A stretch of 64,000 nucleotides of DNA, taken from assembly GCF_001194135.2 (NCBI RefSeq), contig NC_068984.1, forward strand, positions 131,506,777-131,570,776, given 5' to 3'. A program made the position numbers and the translations under genes. The notes below the pieces were generated by a model. It was not told the DNA's origin. It did not search any database and saw nothing but the letters and a program-made list of their open reading frames with translations. Shown here in pieces: positions 35,965 through 48,829 of this stretch (the first letter of the stretch is position 1; each line of letters opens with the position of its first letter). Source of the stretch: Octopus bimaculoides. Taxonomy: Eukaryota.

Positions 35965-36326
35965 AACAAAAGCGCTTAGAGAGCACAAACCTCCACTAAG
36001 GCAACACCAATGTCCTCTCAACGATTAGCCAAAGATGATCTTTAAAATGAGAATATGTTAAATAAACTCGACTGCTCTCACAAACAAGAATACTAAAAAT
36101 ACACTTGACCACTCTCAAAAATTAAACAAAAAAGCAGGAAAAATAATCCAGAATCTTTGTGTGACAGCAGATTGATCCCAAAATCTAATCAGTTTGTGCC
36201 AGTCATGAGGCCAAACATCCCTGAAACTTTCATCCGAATCCATCCAGTGGCTCTTGAGATATCTCGTCCACAAACAAACAAACACAACTGAAAACAATAC
36301 CTCCACCTTCGCTAAGGTGGAGGTAA
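35965..36326 (+). mobile_element. Non-autonomous Helentron-like element
   Basis: 5' AACAAAAGCGCTTAGAGAGCACAAACCTCCACTAAGG. 3' 11-bp hairpin ACCTCCACCTT-CGCT-AAGGTGGAGGT whose arm is inverted relative to the 5' subterminal motif. Confidence 0.65.
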
Positions 36327-36664
36327 CAAGACAACAATGATTAGCAGATCAAGGAAAAAAACAGTGGATCTTATGATTTTTCTCAGCTATTTTTACAAAA
36401 ATTCAAATGATACAATTTTATATGGTTGAGACGAGGAATTTATTTTACGTATACTGTTTATGTTAGTCAGACAAGTGTCGTCATCTTGATTGTTATTTTC
36501 ATTACATTTCAGCTGTTGTATGCTGCAGCATTTTTCAGATGTCTTGTGTTGTATCAGGCATAGCGTAGTAAACAAAGACATGGTTAATGCAGAGCAGACA
36601 CCTAGAGGTTCTGAGTTCAATCCCAGGCAACGCACTAAAGTAATTCACATCGTTCATCTAAAGC

Positions 36665-37760
36665 AAGGAGAGCAAGTTAAGGAAGGGGGCTAGGGGGCTA
36701 GTCAATTACATCAGTTTCAGTACTCATTTGATATTTATTTTATCAACCTTGAAAGGATGAAAGGCAAAGTCGACTTTAGTGGAATTTGAACTCAGAACGT
36801 AAAAAGGGACGAAATGCTGCTGAGTGATCTATCCTGCATGCTAGCAATTCTGTCAGCTCACTACCTTACCAAGATTACTAATACTGGTTTCAAAATTTGA
36901 TGCAAGGTCAGCAGTTTTGGAGGAGAGTGTCAAGTTGATGACATTGACCCTCGTGTTTAACTTGCTACTTATTTTATTGACCCCCACCCCCAAAAGGATG
37001 AACGGCAAAGTTGACCTTGGCAGAAACTAAACTAAGGCAGCGAGCTGGCAGAATTGTTAGCACGCTGGGCGAAATGCTTCACCAGTATTTCATCTGCTGC
37101 TACGTTCTGAGTTCAAATTCCACCAAGGTCAACTTTGCCTTTCATCATTTCGGGGTCGATAAACTAAGTACCAGATGCGTACTGGGTTGATCTAATCGAC
37201 TGGTCCCCTTCCCCAAAATTTCGGGCCTTGTGCCTAGAGTAGAAAAGAAACGTTAGCACGCTGGGCGAAATGCTTCACGGTATTTCGCCTGCCATTGCGT
37301 TCTGAGTTCAAATTCCACCAAGGTCAACTTTGCCTTTCATCCTTTCGGGGTCGATAAATTAAGTACCAGTTATGCACTGGGGTCGATGTAATCGACTTAA
37401 TACCTTTGTCTGTCCTTGCTTGTCTCCCCTCTATGTTTAGCCCCTCAGGGGCAATAAAGAAATAAGAAACTGAACTTAGAATGTGAAGACGGATAAAATA
37501 CTGCAAGACAACCGATACTGAAACATTTTAAGATGGCAAGCTGGGCAACATGCTCAGCAGCATGTCATCCATCTTTATGTTCCTGAGTTCAAATTCTGCT
37601 GAGGTTAATTTTGCCTTTCATCCTTTCAGGGTCAATAAAATAAGTACCAGTTGATTACTTGGGGGCTGGCGTAATCAAATTACCTCCTCGCTGGTGTAAT
37701 CAAATTACCTCCTCTTCCTGAAATTGCTGGTCCTGTGCCAAAATTTGAAACCAACATTGA
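36665..37760. mobile_element. Cluster of five Nin/Deu-domain-type SINEs (two minus, three plus)
   Basis: Repeated domain motif at ~36730, ~36965, ~37140, ~37330 and ~37615. Confidence 0.8.
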
Positions 37761-38549
37761 AACATTTTGGATAGAAATATTTCATTACAAAAATGCTGCA
37801 GGAAAAATTTCCTTTTAGAGATGTTGTAACATTTGCTATTAATCTTTTAATATTTCTTAATTCAAAAACTGCAACGCAAAGATTAGTTAGTTGCATGAAT
37901 GTTATCAAAACAAGATTGAGAAGTACAATGCTACATCTAATGCTTGGAGCTGGTCTCTTTGTAAAGTATCTTTCTGAAACAAGATGATAAATTCTACAAA
38001 GATTATCGTTTACCTGAAGCAACACCAAATGAAATTATTAACACAATGGACACTGAAAATTTCAATGATTTTGCTGATTTCTTAGGTGTTGATTTAGATA
38101 TATAAGCAAAGATTTGGTTTTTATCCTTCCTATTAAATAAAGTAACAACTATTATTGCTTCTTAATTAGAATATTTGATTTGATTTAATCTGATTTATAT
38201 TTAAATAAAGTAAACACTGTTTTTTTGTTTTTTTTTATCTAGAGCATTTGTGTTGAAGTCTAGAATTAAATTATTATTTAAATTTGGTAATGTTGACTAT
38301 GACATTTTGAAAGAAAGAAGTGTGAAGTGATGCCACACACCAATACAACAGTTCTTCACAAATAGGAGGAATGGGCTTTAAGGACTTGAAGATCATTAAC
38401 AAGGAGCCAGCAATTAAAACCTTTTGATAACAACCCGCTGGGCACCACATTTGGTTCTATGATACAAATCTCCTGTTTTGGAGTGGTCTAAATTAAAAAA
38501 ACTTCCATTAAAATTTCATGTTAATTTGAGATCCAAAGATCAGCTTAAT

Positions 38550-38950
38550 AAGGATTTCAAATTTTGGCACAAGGCCAGCAATATCAGGGAGGGGAGAAAG
38601 CCGATTACATCAAACTCAATGCTAAACTGGTACTTATTTTGTGAACCCTGAAAGGCTGAAAGCCAAAATCGACCTTGGTGGAATTTGAACTCAGAATGTA
38701 AAGATGGATGAAATGTCGTTAAGCATTATTTCTTTATTGCCCCCAAGGGGCTAAACATAGAGGGGACAAACAAGGACAGACAAAGGGATTAATTCGATTA
38801 CATCGACCCTAGTGTGTAACTGGTACTTAATTTATCGACTCCGAAAGGATGAAAGGCAAAGTCGACTTTGGCGGAATTTGAACTCAGAACGTAATGGCAG
38901 ACGAAATACCGCTAAGCATTTCGCCCGGTGTGCTAACGTTTCTGCCAGTA
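38550..38950 (-). mobile_element. Two nested Nin/Deu-domain-type SINEs
   Basis: A young copy at ~38725-38950 interrupts an older copy at 38550-38725. Confidence 0.75.
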
Positions 38951-39021
38951 ATTCCTGTTGCATTAATACGTTTGGCAAATAAAGAGCCACATTAGTACAC
39001 AAATGATTACAATGAGTTTAT

Positions 39022-39640
39022 TAACCCATTAGCATTTAAACTGGTCATATCCATTCCAAATATTCCATCTGTTTTATGCTTAAACTGGTCAGATCCAGAC
39101 TATCATGCCTACCCTACACTGTCATTCTAAAAATAAGCAGTCACATCATTGAAATTCTGAAGCTATAAGATTATACATAATTAACCCATTAGCCCAAGAT
39201 TAAACATGATTAACCCCACATCCAGCCCAAATACTCAACCTGTTTTTTGTTCAAACTGACCAGATCTGGCCTCTCACACCGATGTTACAACGTCATTCCA
39301 AAAAAAAAAAAGCAGTGAGTTGACAGAATCGTTAGCATACCAGGCAAAATGCTTAAAAGCATTTTGCCCATCTTTATGTTCTGAGTTCAAACTTGGTCGT
39401 GGTCAACTTTGCCTTTCATCTCCTCGGGGTCGATAGAATAAGTACCAATGAGCACTGGGGGTTGAAGTAATCAACTTAGTTGCTGGCCTTGTGCCAAAAT
39501 TTGAAACCAATGTCATTCCAAAAATTGACAATAACATCATCGGAAGCTCAAAGTTATAAAATAATGCAAGATTAGAATTCAAAACAATGTGAATGAATAA
39601 GCATTACATTTGACAGTGTAATCTGAATGCTAAAGGGTTA
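39022..39640. mobile_element. piggyBac-like MITE with internal second copy and SINE insertion
   Basis: TTAACCCATTAGCATT ... AATGCTAAAGGGTTAA, with a second TTAACCCATTAGC at 39181. SINE at ~39310-39510 is flanked by AA(C/T)GTCATTCCAAAAA. Confidence 0.7.
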
Positions 39641-40063
39641 AGGAGACATATCTAAGAATTCTAATGGTGGTTTTGTGTATGAGCAGCTGAAATGATGCAA
39701 AGGTCACCCTGAAGCTAAAAATGAACAATGCCAGTAAAATCCATATGTCTAAGTTAGTCTGAACGGAAGATTCAAATTTAAAGAGAAGAACAAAAGCAGT
39801 TTTATTTCACAAAGAACAAAGTCGTTTCATAAATCAAGACTTTTAAGGACAAAATCAATTGTTATTCTTTTTCTTTTTTTATCTCTTATTTGTTTTTGTC
39901 ATTGGACTGCAGCCATGTTGGGGAACCATCTTGAATGGGTTTTGACGAACAAATCGACCCCAGTGTCAATAAAATAAGTACCAGTCATATACTAGAGTTG
40001 ACATAATTGAATTACCAACCACCTGAAGCCAATATATCTACCAACTTTACCAATCATTTGATC

Positions 40064-40720
40064 CAGTGGCTCTCAATCATTTTTTTTTGTGGGCCCCCTT
40101 TGATTTCTATTTCACTTGGGTGAACCCCTAAACCATTTGATGCTTTAAAAAAAATCCTATTGTAAACTTGGCTTGAGAAGACCTGTTGGGGCAAGCGAAA
40201 GCGAAATTGTGATGGCACCACCATTCGAGTGTGATCGTTACCAACGTCGCCTTCCTGGCACGTGAAAAGTCATTCGAGCGAGATCCTTGCCAGCACCCCT
40301 GTGTAGGTGGCACGTAAAATACACCATTTTGAGCGTGGCCGTTGCCAGTACCACCTGACTTGGCCTTCGTGCTGGTGGCACGTAAAAGCACCCACTACAC
40401 TCTCGGAGTGGTTGGCGTTAGGAAGGGCATCCAGCTGTAGAAACTCTGCCAAATCAGATTGGAGCCTGGTGTAGCCATCGGGTTTCACCAGTCCTCAGTC
40501 AAATCGTCCAACCCATGCTAGCATGGAAAGCGGACGTTAAACGACAATGATGATGATGATGATCTTTATAATTTAATATCAATAGGAATTGTATAAAAAC
40601 AAATCATTAAAATATTTTGTGTATTGTAAAAGTATAACCAATTAATTGCACATAAAATTTAATGACAAAATCTTATAAGGGCTCCCCAAGGGTCATATGA
40701 ACCCTGATTGAGAACCAATT
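40064..40720. mobile_element. hAT/Charlie-like MITE containing an RTE 3' UTR insertion (40168-40562)
   Basis: Ends CAGTGGCTCTCAATCA and TGATTGAGAACC. Body resembles 62791-63144. Confidence 0.65.
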
Positions 40721-41111
40721 ATCTAAATCAATCTATCAGCCTATTTGGCAATCTATTTATCCACCTACCTACTTACCTACCTGTCTACCTACCTATCTAT
40801 CTCTAAGTTTCTAATACATAGTTCTAAGGCCATAGTAGCAAAGAGTACGATAGGAAATACCTGTTCTGAGCATTGATTCCCAGCAAACCTCTCCTTAATC
40901 CACTTCTTACTTCATCCCAAATTCTCATGCCCTATATTGTGTCTTTTGTTTTCCTTTGCAGACATGTGTGTGTGTATTTGGGTGTGTATATACGTGGAGG
41001 AGGGTTCAGGAGTGTTAGGGTGTAACATGTACGTGTGAGTGTGTACATGTGTGAGTGTGTGTGAGTGTGAGTGTATATGTGTGAGAGTTTGTATATGTAA
41101 ATGTGTGTCTC

Positions 41112-41147
<36 letters not shown>

Positions 41148-42511
41148 GATTACAATCATGTGTAAGATATGTGAATGCATATGTTAATGAGTGTCTCAGC
41201 ATGAATGTATGTTAGTATGGGAATCTGTGTAAGAAAATGTGCGTGTATGCATGGGTATGACTTGATGATGTGTGCGTATGCATGTATGTGCCTGTGTGTG
41301 TGTGTGTGTGAGTAAATGCATACATGAGAGCCTGTGTGCAAGTGTTTGTGTCTGGGTGTATATCAATGTGTGTCTGTGTCTGTGTCTGCGTGTATGTGTG
41401 TGTACATAAATATGTTTGCGCGTGTTTCTTATCCTAGTGCGTGGGTGTGCTCCAGAGTGCAAGCCTCTGTGTATACATATATATACATGTATATACAAAC
41501 ATACATACATACATATATACATACATATATACATACATATATATGTGTGTGTGTATGTATACATACATGTATATATATATACATATATATGTGTGTAGAT
41601 GTATATGTATATATATATACATGTATATACAAACATACATACATNNNNNNNNNNNNNNNNNNNNNNNNNNNNNNNNNNNNNNNNNNNNNNNNNNNNNNNN
41701 NNNNNNNNNNNNNNNNNNNNNNNNNNNNNNNNNNNNNNNNNNNNNNNNNNNNNNNNNNNNNNNNNNNNNNNNNNNNNNNNNNNNNNNNNNNNNNNNNNNN
41801 NNNNNNNNNNNNNNNNNNNNNNNNNNNNNNNNNNNNNNNNNNNNNNNNNNNNNNNNNNNNNNNNNNNNNNNNNNNNNNNNNNNNNNNNNNNNNNNNNNNN
41901 NNNNNNNNNNNNNNNNNNNNNNNATTTATACATAAATGTGTATTTGTAAGTGTGCGGCTGAATATATATTTGTTTGTGTACAAATTGTAGAAGTGGGTGG
42001 GTAATGGCAATGAAGACAGAGATGGAGGGGGTGAATTGATGTGAAGTGGGGGTAGGGGTGGAGTGGGCAGAAACTTACTCTGCTAAATTGAATAACAAAC
42101 TTAATTGTCCTTTCAAGCCCGACAACCACTGCCACCAAACCTACCCATACCTCATGGCCTTATCACTACAATCTCCTCCACAACACATTCCCCCATCAGC
42201 ACGATCCCCCATCCCCACCAATGAGTCTCTAAAGTCACTAATTGGTTGTTTGACTAATTAGAAATAGCAGCTAAATCGACCAAACCATTTGGTAAGGAAA
42301 GAAGGTATATTGGATCACCAGAGTCTTCAATGCACTTCAATATACAATATATTTCAATATACAAAAATGATTGGTTACAATTGGTATATCTTTGATAATA
42401 ATGTTTCTTAATTCAGGTTGACCTCTGGCTAACAACAACAAAATTAACAATAGCAGAAAAAGAGTTGTGTGTGTGTGTGCACGTGTCTGTATTTGTATAT
42501 ATATATATATA

Positions 42512-42776
42512 CAAGTTCACCACTTCTTTCCCCTTTGTTATCTCTCCTTTTTGTTAGCTCTCCTGTGTGAACTTTCTGTCTGGCAGTCGCCATGATAGAT
42601 CGCTGACCACTACATTTATTTTTTTTCTCTCCTTGTTTTTCTCATTATTTCTTTCTGTTGAAGAGCGTAGCTCGAAACGTCAAAGACTTTCTCTATTCCC
42701 AAGCATTAAACTAATACATCCATTTGTTGTTTATACCACCTGTCCTCGTCTGTTGTTGTTTTTTTCGTAAATTCTC

Positions 42777-42780
<4 letters not shown>
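42512..42780 (+). mobile_element. Penelope-like terminal fragment with minimal hammerhead-like motif
   Basis: TCTTT-CTGTTGA-A-GAGCGTAGCTC-GAAACGTC-AAAGA at 42650-42686. Flanked by (TA)n on both sides; homologous to 3573-3740. Confidence 0.62.
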
Positions 42781-42807
<27 letters not shown>

Positions 42808-43298
42808 NNNNNNNNNNNNNNNNNNNNNNNNNNNNNNNNNNNNNNNNNNNNNNNNNNNNNNNNNNNNNNNNNNNNNNNNNNNNNNNNNNNNNNNNNNNNN
42901 NNNNNNNNNNNNNNNNNNNNNNNNNNNNNNNNNNNNNNNNNNNNNNNNNNNNNNNNNNNNNNNNNNNNNNNNNNNNNNNNNNNNNNNNNNNNNNNNNNNN
43001 NNNNNNNNNNNNNNNNNNNNNNNNNNNNNNNNNNNNNNNNNNNNNNNNNNNNNNNNNNNNNNNNNNNNNNNNNNNNNNNNNNNNNNNNNNNNNNNNNNNN
43101 NNNNNNNNNNNNNNNNNNNNNNNNNNNNNNNNNNNNNNNNNNNNNNNNNNNNNNNNNNNNNNNNNNNNNNNNNNNNNNNNNNNNNNNNNNNNNNNNNNNN
43201 NNNNNNNNNNNNNNNNNNNNNNNNNNNNNNNNNNNNNNNNNNNNNNNNNNNNNNNNNNNNNNNNNNNACGATTTCACATAAAAAATCTTGCAAAACAA

Positions 43299-43339
<41 letters not shown>

Positions 43340-43845
43340 TAGATAGATATAGATATATATAGATATATATATATAAAGCACCGTCCGAACGTGGCCGATG
43401 CCACCACTCTCGCCCCAACCGGCTCCTGTGCCGGTGGCACATAAAAAGCACCCAATACACTCTTGGAGTGGTTGGCTTTAGAAAGGGAATCCAGCTGTAG
43501 AAACACTGCCAGATCAGATTGGAGTTTGGTATGGCCTCCTGACTTGTAAGACCCCAGTCAAACCATCGAACCCATGCCAGCATGGAAAATGGATGTTAAC
43601 AATGATGATGATGATGATGATGATAAATAAATAAATATACATATATATACACAAAAATATACATATACATTTATATGTGTGTATATATATTTCTATATAT
43701 ATGCATATATATACATACATATATGTACATACCTATGTATATATATATGTATATCCATATGCATATATGGGTATAGGACACAAAACGTAAGCAACATGAA
43801 ATACGAAATATGAAAACATGGAATACAAACTGAAAGAAGCCCGTC

Positions 43846-43886
<41 letters not shown>

Positions 43887-44365
43887 TATATTCTTTTATT
43901 CCATTACTGATTTCAGTCATCTGACTGCGGCCATGCTGGAGCAACGTCATTAGTCGAAGAAATCGACCCCACGACTTATTCTTTTTAAGCCTAGTACTCA
44001 TTCTATCGGTTCCTTTTGTCAAACTGCTTATTTACGGAGACATAAACACACCAACATTGGTTGTCAAGCAATGATTGATGGTCAAACACAGACACACAAA
44101 CATATACACACACACATACATATATATAAACTCAATAGGCTTCTTTCAGTTTCCATCTACCAAATCCACTAACAAGGCTTTGGTTGGTCCAAGGCTATCG
44201 TTGTATGTATATGTAAATGGATATATTTGTACATATATATATATATATATATATATACACGCACACACACACACTCATACATATATCTATATATTTTATA
44301 GATATTGATATATGTGACTGTAGATTTTCATCGATGAGTTCATGAACCTTGGTTCTTTACTCTAA

Positions 44366-44416
<51 letters not shown>

Positions 44417-44443
44417 CATACATATATATGCATATATATATGC

Positions 44444-44486
<43 letters not shown>

Positions 44487-44932
44487 TACACACAAACATA
44501 CATATACATATATACACATAAATACATATACATACCTACATACATATATATACATATATACATATACACACACGCACACACATATATATATATACATACA
44601 TATATACACACATACACTCACACTCATATAATACTACCACCACATCCAGCAGCACCATTACCACCTCCTTACATTGCCGCACTTTATTCGCCCACCCCCG
44701 CCACAAAACATCTCTTACCCTGGTGTAATTTGGGTCAAATAGTTTTGAACACCACTAATCTTAAGTTAGCAATTCATGCATGTAATACAACAAAACTGCA
44801 TTAATGAAAGTTTGGCCTAGTTATCTAACAGTGATAACATTAATTCAAACAAGACAGCGGCCGCTACAGCAGCAATGGTACTGTTTGCCCACACACATAG
44901 TAGATATCTGTGTAGACACACATATGTATATG

Positions 44933-44966
<34 letters not shown>

Positions 44967-45284
44967 TACATACACATATATATACATATATATATCATTT
45001 ATATATGTATATTTATAAACTTATGTATATGCATGCATTCNNNNNNNNNNTATATCATTTATATATGTATATTTATAAACTTATGTATATGCATGCATTC
45101 ACACATACTCACATGTACATACATACATACATGCATACATACATACATACATACATACATACATACATACATACATACATGTGCATATGTATTTCTTTAA
45201 TTTGTTTTAGCCATGTGGCTGTGGTCATCATGCTGGAGCACCACCATGACCTTTGTAGCCTTTCCATAGCCCTCTTTTGTGTTT

Positions 45285-46620
45285 GATTTCTTCAATGTGG
45301 AGGGAGTTCATATCATCCCTCTTGCATGTGCATTTTTCTTAGTTATTGGCTCAATTGGTGTATGAAGGAGTTTGACACCGCTGCCGTCATCTGTACTTTG
45401 TGCCAAGATGTTGGTTCATCTGGTATTGTGGATAGCAGAATGTCCAATTCCTTTTTGAAGACAGCCACATACACAATATGTAGGTTTCTTAATTCTTCTG
45501 GCAGAACACTGAAGAGCTGTAGACTTTTGAACACCAAGCTATTGCAATACTTGGTCCTCACTTTAAACAGTACCTCTGGTACTATGCAATGGTATCAGGT
45601 ACAGGTATTTGTATAACATTTGATGCTGAAGTTAGGTACAAGCCTTTTCAGAATTTCCTGTATGTAAACTATTCCATATTTCTTTTATCTTCACTCTAGG
45701 GAGTAAACTTATAGTTTTTTCAGCCTCTGTCAGTAGTTCATTTGCTGCACTGTGGCAATCCTTTCAGTGTAGAAGTGTTGGATCACTTCAAACTCCACTG
45801 TTAGTTTGATACTATGCAGTAACCATAGTTGAGAGCAACAGTCCTGGTGGCTGAGAACAAATGCCTTCCACAGGGTCAACATACTTGTTAATCCCTTGTC
45901 CTGAAGAACCTTGCTATCCATCTTGCCAATTGTCTTCACTTTGTCGCAGTCTTGGTAATGTGCTCATGAAATGATGCATCATTACACATACTGATCCCCA
46001 AGTCTCTCACTATCTGTGACTCTGAGATGGCACTACCTTTGGGTCCTGTATATGCAGGCTGTGGTGCATTTGAGAGCTGATAGCACAGTGACTGAAATTT
46101 TCCAGCATTAAGCTGTATGTTGTTTTGTTCAACCCACTTGTATATTGCATTTAGGTCTCACTGCAAGTTAATGACATCATCACAATTCTTTATTGTCTAT
46201 GATAATTTTGTATCATTGGAATGGCAAGTGACAGTGACTATTTAAGTCTAAGAAAACTCCAATGAACAGTAATGGCCCCAGGACAGTTCCCAGGGGCACT
46301 CCACTCAGAATTTGTGTTTCCATAGAGAAGGCAACATTGGTTGCAACTGCTTAACTTAAAACTTTTAAGAAGTCATGTCACTAGTCACCTAGTTTACCAA
46401 CTATGCCAAGGTCTTGCCGCTTGTGACATATCACACATGCCATGATCCACCTTGTCAAAGGCCTTTGCAAAGGTATATATCAGCAGGATGTTGCCATATA
46501 GCCTGCTATAGCATTAGAAAGGCAGGATATAACATGACAGTAATTGCACATTTGTTCAGGTGTCTTACAGATGACAATCGGAATTCCTGGATATCTTTTC
46601 CTGCTGTCCATATTTTCTGT
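45285..46620 (-). mobile_element. Decayed CR1-like LINE, reverse transcriptase and 3' end
   Basis: Motifs FAKAFDKVDHG, SGVPLGTVLGPLLFI, NDTKL, LQ*DLNAIYKWVEQNNIQLNAGKFQ and ELRNL..FKKELDILLSTIPDEP..SNSFIHQ. Confidence 0.85.
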
Positions 46621-46809
46621 CATACAAGTTGAAATCTTCAGGCCAAAATTTATTGCCAAAATGCACATTGACTATAATGGTCCAAAAATTCCATGTGAAA
46701 TGCAACACAATTTGGAAAGATCATGATGATGTTTCAATGTTTACACTACATGTTTATACTACATGTTTCTACTATATACTATGATAATGTCTATGTCAGA
46801 AAACATGGT

Positions 46810-47320
46810 AAAGCAAAATATAAACCACTTTATTTAACCACATGATTTCAGGTTCAGTCCCACTGCATGGCAACTCAGGCAACTGTCGTCTATTGCAGCC
46901 CTATGCCAACCAACACCTTGTGAGTGGATTTGGTAAATGGAAACTGAAAGAAGCTCAATGTGTGTGTGTGTGTGCACGCATGTGTGCATGTGTGTGTGTG
47001 TGTGCACGCGTGTGTGCATGTGTGTGGTGTGTGTGTGTGCACGTGCATGTATATGTGTGCACATACATGTATGAAAATATGTCTCATTGTCTTGATATCA
47101 AATGATAATTGTAAATGAGTGTCACTGTCATACAAGCGGTGTCATTCATTTCCAATATTCTGCAAAATCACATGTGGCTGTGGGGAACTATTGCCTTGCT
47201 TGGAAACAGGTGATGGTTAGCAACAGGTAAGGCTTCTGGTCATAGAAAATCTGCCTCAATAAACTGTATTTGACTCATGCAAGCATGGAAAAGTGGTCAT
47301 TAAAACGATGATGATGATAT
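46810..47320 (+). mobile_element. CORE-type SINE with RTE-like tail variant 2
   Basis: Same head as 1918-2320. After the internal (GT)n the tail ends CATGCAAGCATGGAAAAGTGGTCATTAAAACGATGATGAT. Confidence 0.6.
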
Positions 47321-47329
47321 GCTTACAGA

Positions 47330-48330
47330 CAGTTAGATGGAGAGGATGAGATAGAGAAGGAGAGAGAAAAAGGGAAAAAGGAAAGAGACACACAAATAGG
47401 AAGGACGAGGAAGAGGAGGATGAAAAACAGAGTGACAGGAAGAAATGCAGGAGACATACACACACCGAGGAGAGAGAGAGGGAGAGAGAGAGAGACAGAC
47501 AGACAGTGAGAGACTGAGGGAAAGAGACAGAGAAACAGAGAGAGAAAGAGAGAGACAGACAAAGAGAGACAGAGAGAGAGAGACAGAGAGACACAGAGAG
47601 AGACAGAGAGACACAGAGAGAGACACAGAGACACAGAGAGAGATACAGAGACACAGAGAGAGACACAGAGACACAGAGACACAGAGAGAGATACAGAGAC
47701 ACAGAGACACAGAGACACAGAGAGAGACAGAGAGAGACACAGAGACACAGAGAGAGACACAGAGAGAGAGAGACAGAGACACAGAGACACAGAGAGAGAC
47801 AGAGAGAGACAGAGAGAGAGAGACACAGAGACACAGAGAGAGATACAGAGACACAGAGAGAGGCACAGAGAGAGACACAGAGAGAGGCACAGAGAGAGAC
47901 ACAGAGAGAGGCACAGAGAGAGACAGAGAGACAGAGAGAGAGACAGAGAGACAGAGAGACACAGTGATGGGAAACACACTGAAAGAGATGTACACATATA
48001 GATACCTAGAGAATGAGGAGAGAGACAAAGAAAGACAGACAGACAGAAAAAGAAAGAAAGAGACAGAGAAAGAGAGACAGAGTGAGACACACACATACAC
48101 ACACACACACATACACACAGATGCAGAGAGAGATGAAACACACTGAAAGGAATGTACACATATAGATACCTTGAGAATGAGGAGACAAAGAGAGACAGAC
48201 AGACAGAAAGAGAGAGAGAGAAAGACACACACACACACACACAGAGGAGACACTGAAAGGGATGTACACATACAGACACACAGAGAATGAGGAGAGACTG
48301 GAGTTGAGTGTAAAAGACAGAAACAATGTC
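47330..48330. repeat. GA-rich satellite (AGAGACAC-type units) with a three-copy higher-order motif
   Basis: ACACTGAAAG.GATGTACACATA..GA.AC..GAGAATGAGGAGA at ~47975, ~48140 and ~48250. Confidence 0.9.
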
Positions 48331-48797
48331 AAAGGAAGACTGTAAGAGTAAATATAGATTCAGGGTGATGTGGTATATTGTATTATAAATTAATATTTAC
48401 ATTGAACATCATATGTATTGTTCTGGTGTCCATATGTCAGCACAGTATGGCACAGTGAAGGCAGACCACACATATTGGCTATAGAATAGAAGCTGGTAAT
48501 GTTATTGCTGTTCAACCCCAGGTCGGTTTTGACTGAGTTGACCTGTGATCAGAGCTATTCCAATTGTGACAATTTTATATATACTCTTTTACTCTTTTAC
48601 TTGTTTCAGTCATTTGACTGCGGCCATGCTGGAGCACCGCCTTTAGTCGAGAAATTCGACCCCCCAGGACTTATTCTTTTGTAAGCCTAGTACTTATTCT
48701 ATCAGTTTCTTTTTGCCGAACCGCTAATTTACGGAGATGTAAACACACCAGCATCAGTTGTCAAGCAATGGTAGAGGGGACAAACACAGACACACAA

Positions 48798-48829
<32 letters not shown>

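Larger units (their letters stand above)
34680..38110 (+). mobile_element. Ancient hAT transposase fossil fragmented by later insertions
   Basis: Pieces in correct order: ESHDITVNKLLEMVIIYFS (DESTD-like first Asp), LLVIGSDNATAMMGVNNDV.KKLKE (TDNA-like second Asp), then EIFHYKNAAG/FPFRDVVTFAINLLIFLNSKTATQRLVSCMNVIKTRLRSTM (dimerisation region). Confidence 0.7.

Noticed and set aside
44991-45100. Exact 50-bp direct repeat
   Set aside because: The two copies flank a 10-N gap, typical of overlapping contig ends that were not merged.
47256-48332. Long ORFs of 192-318 aa (SLC/RDTE-rich)
   Set aside because: They are translations of the GA-rich satellite.
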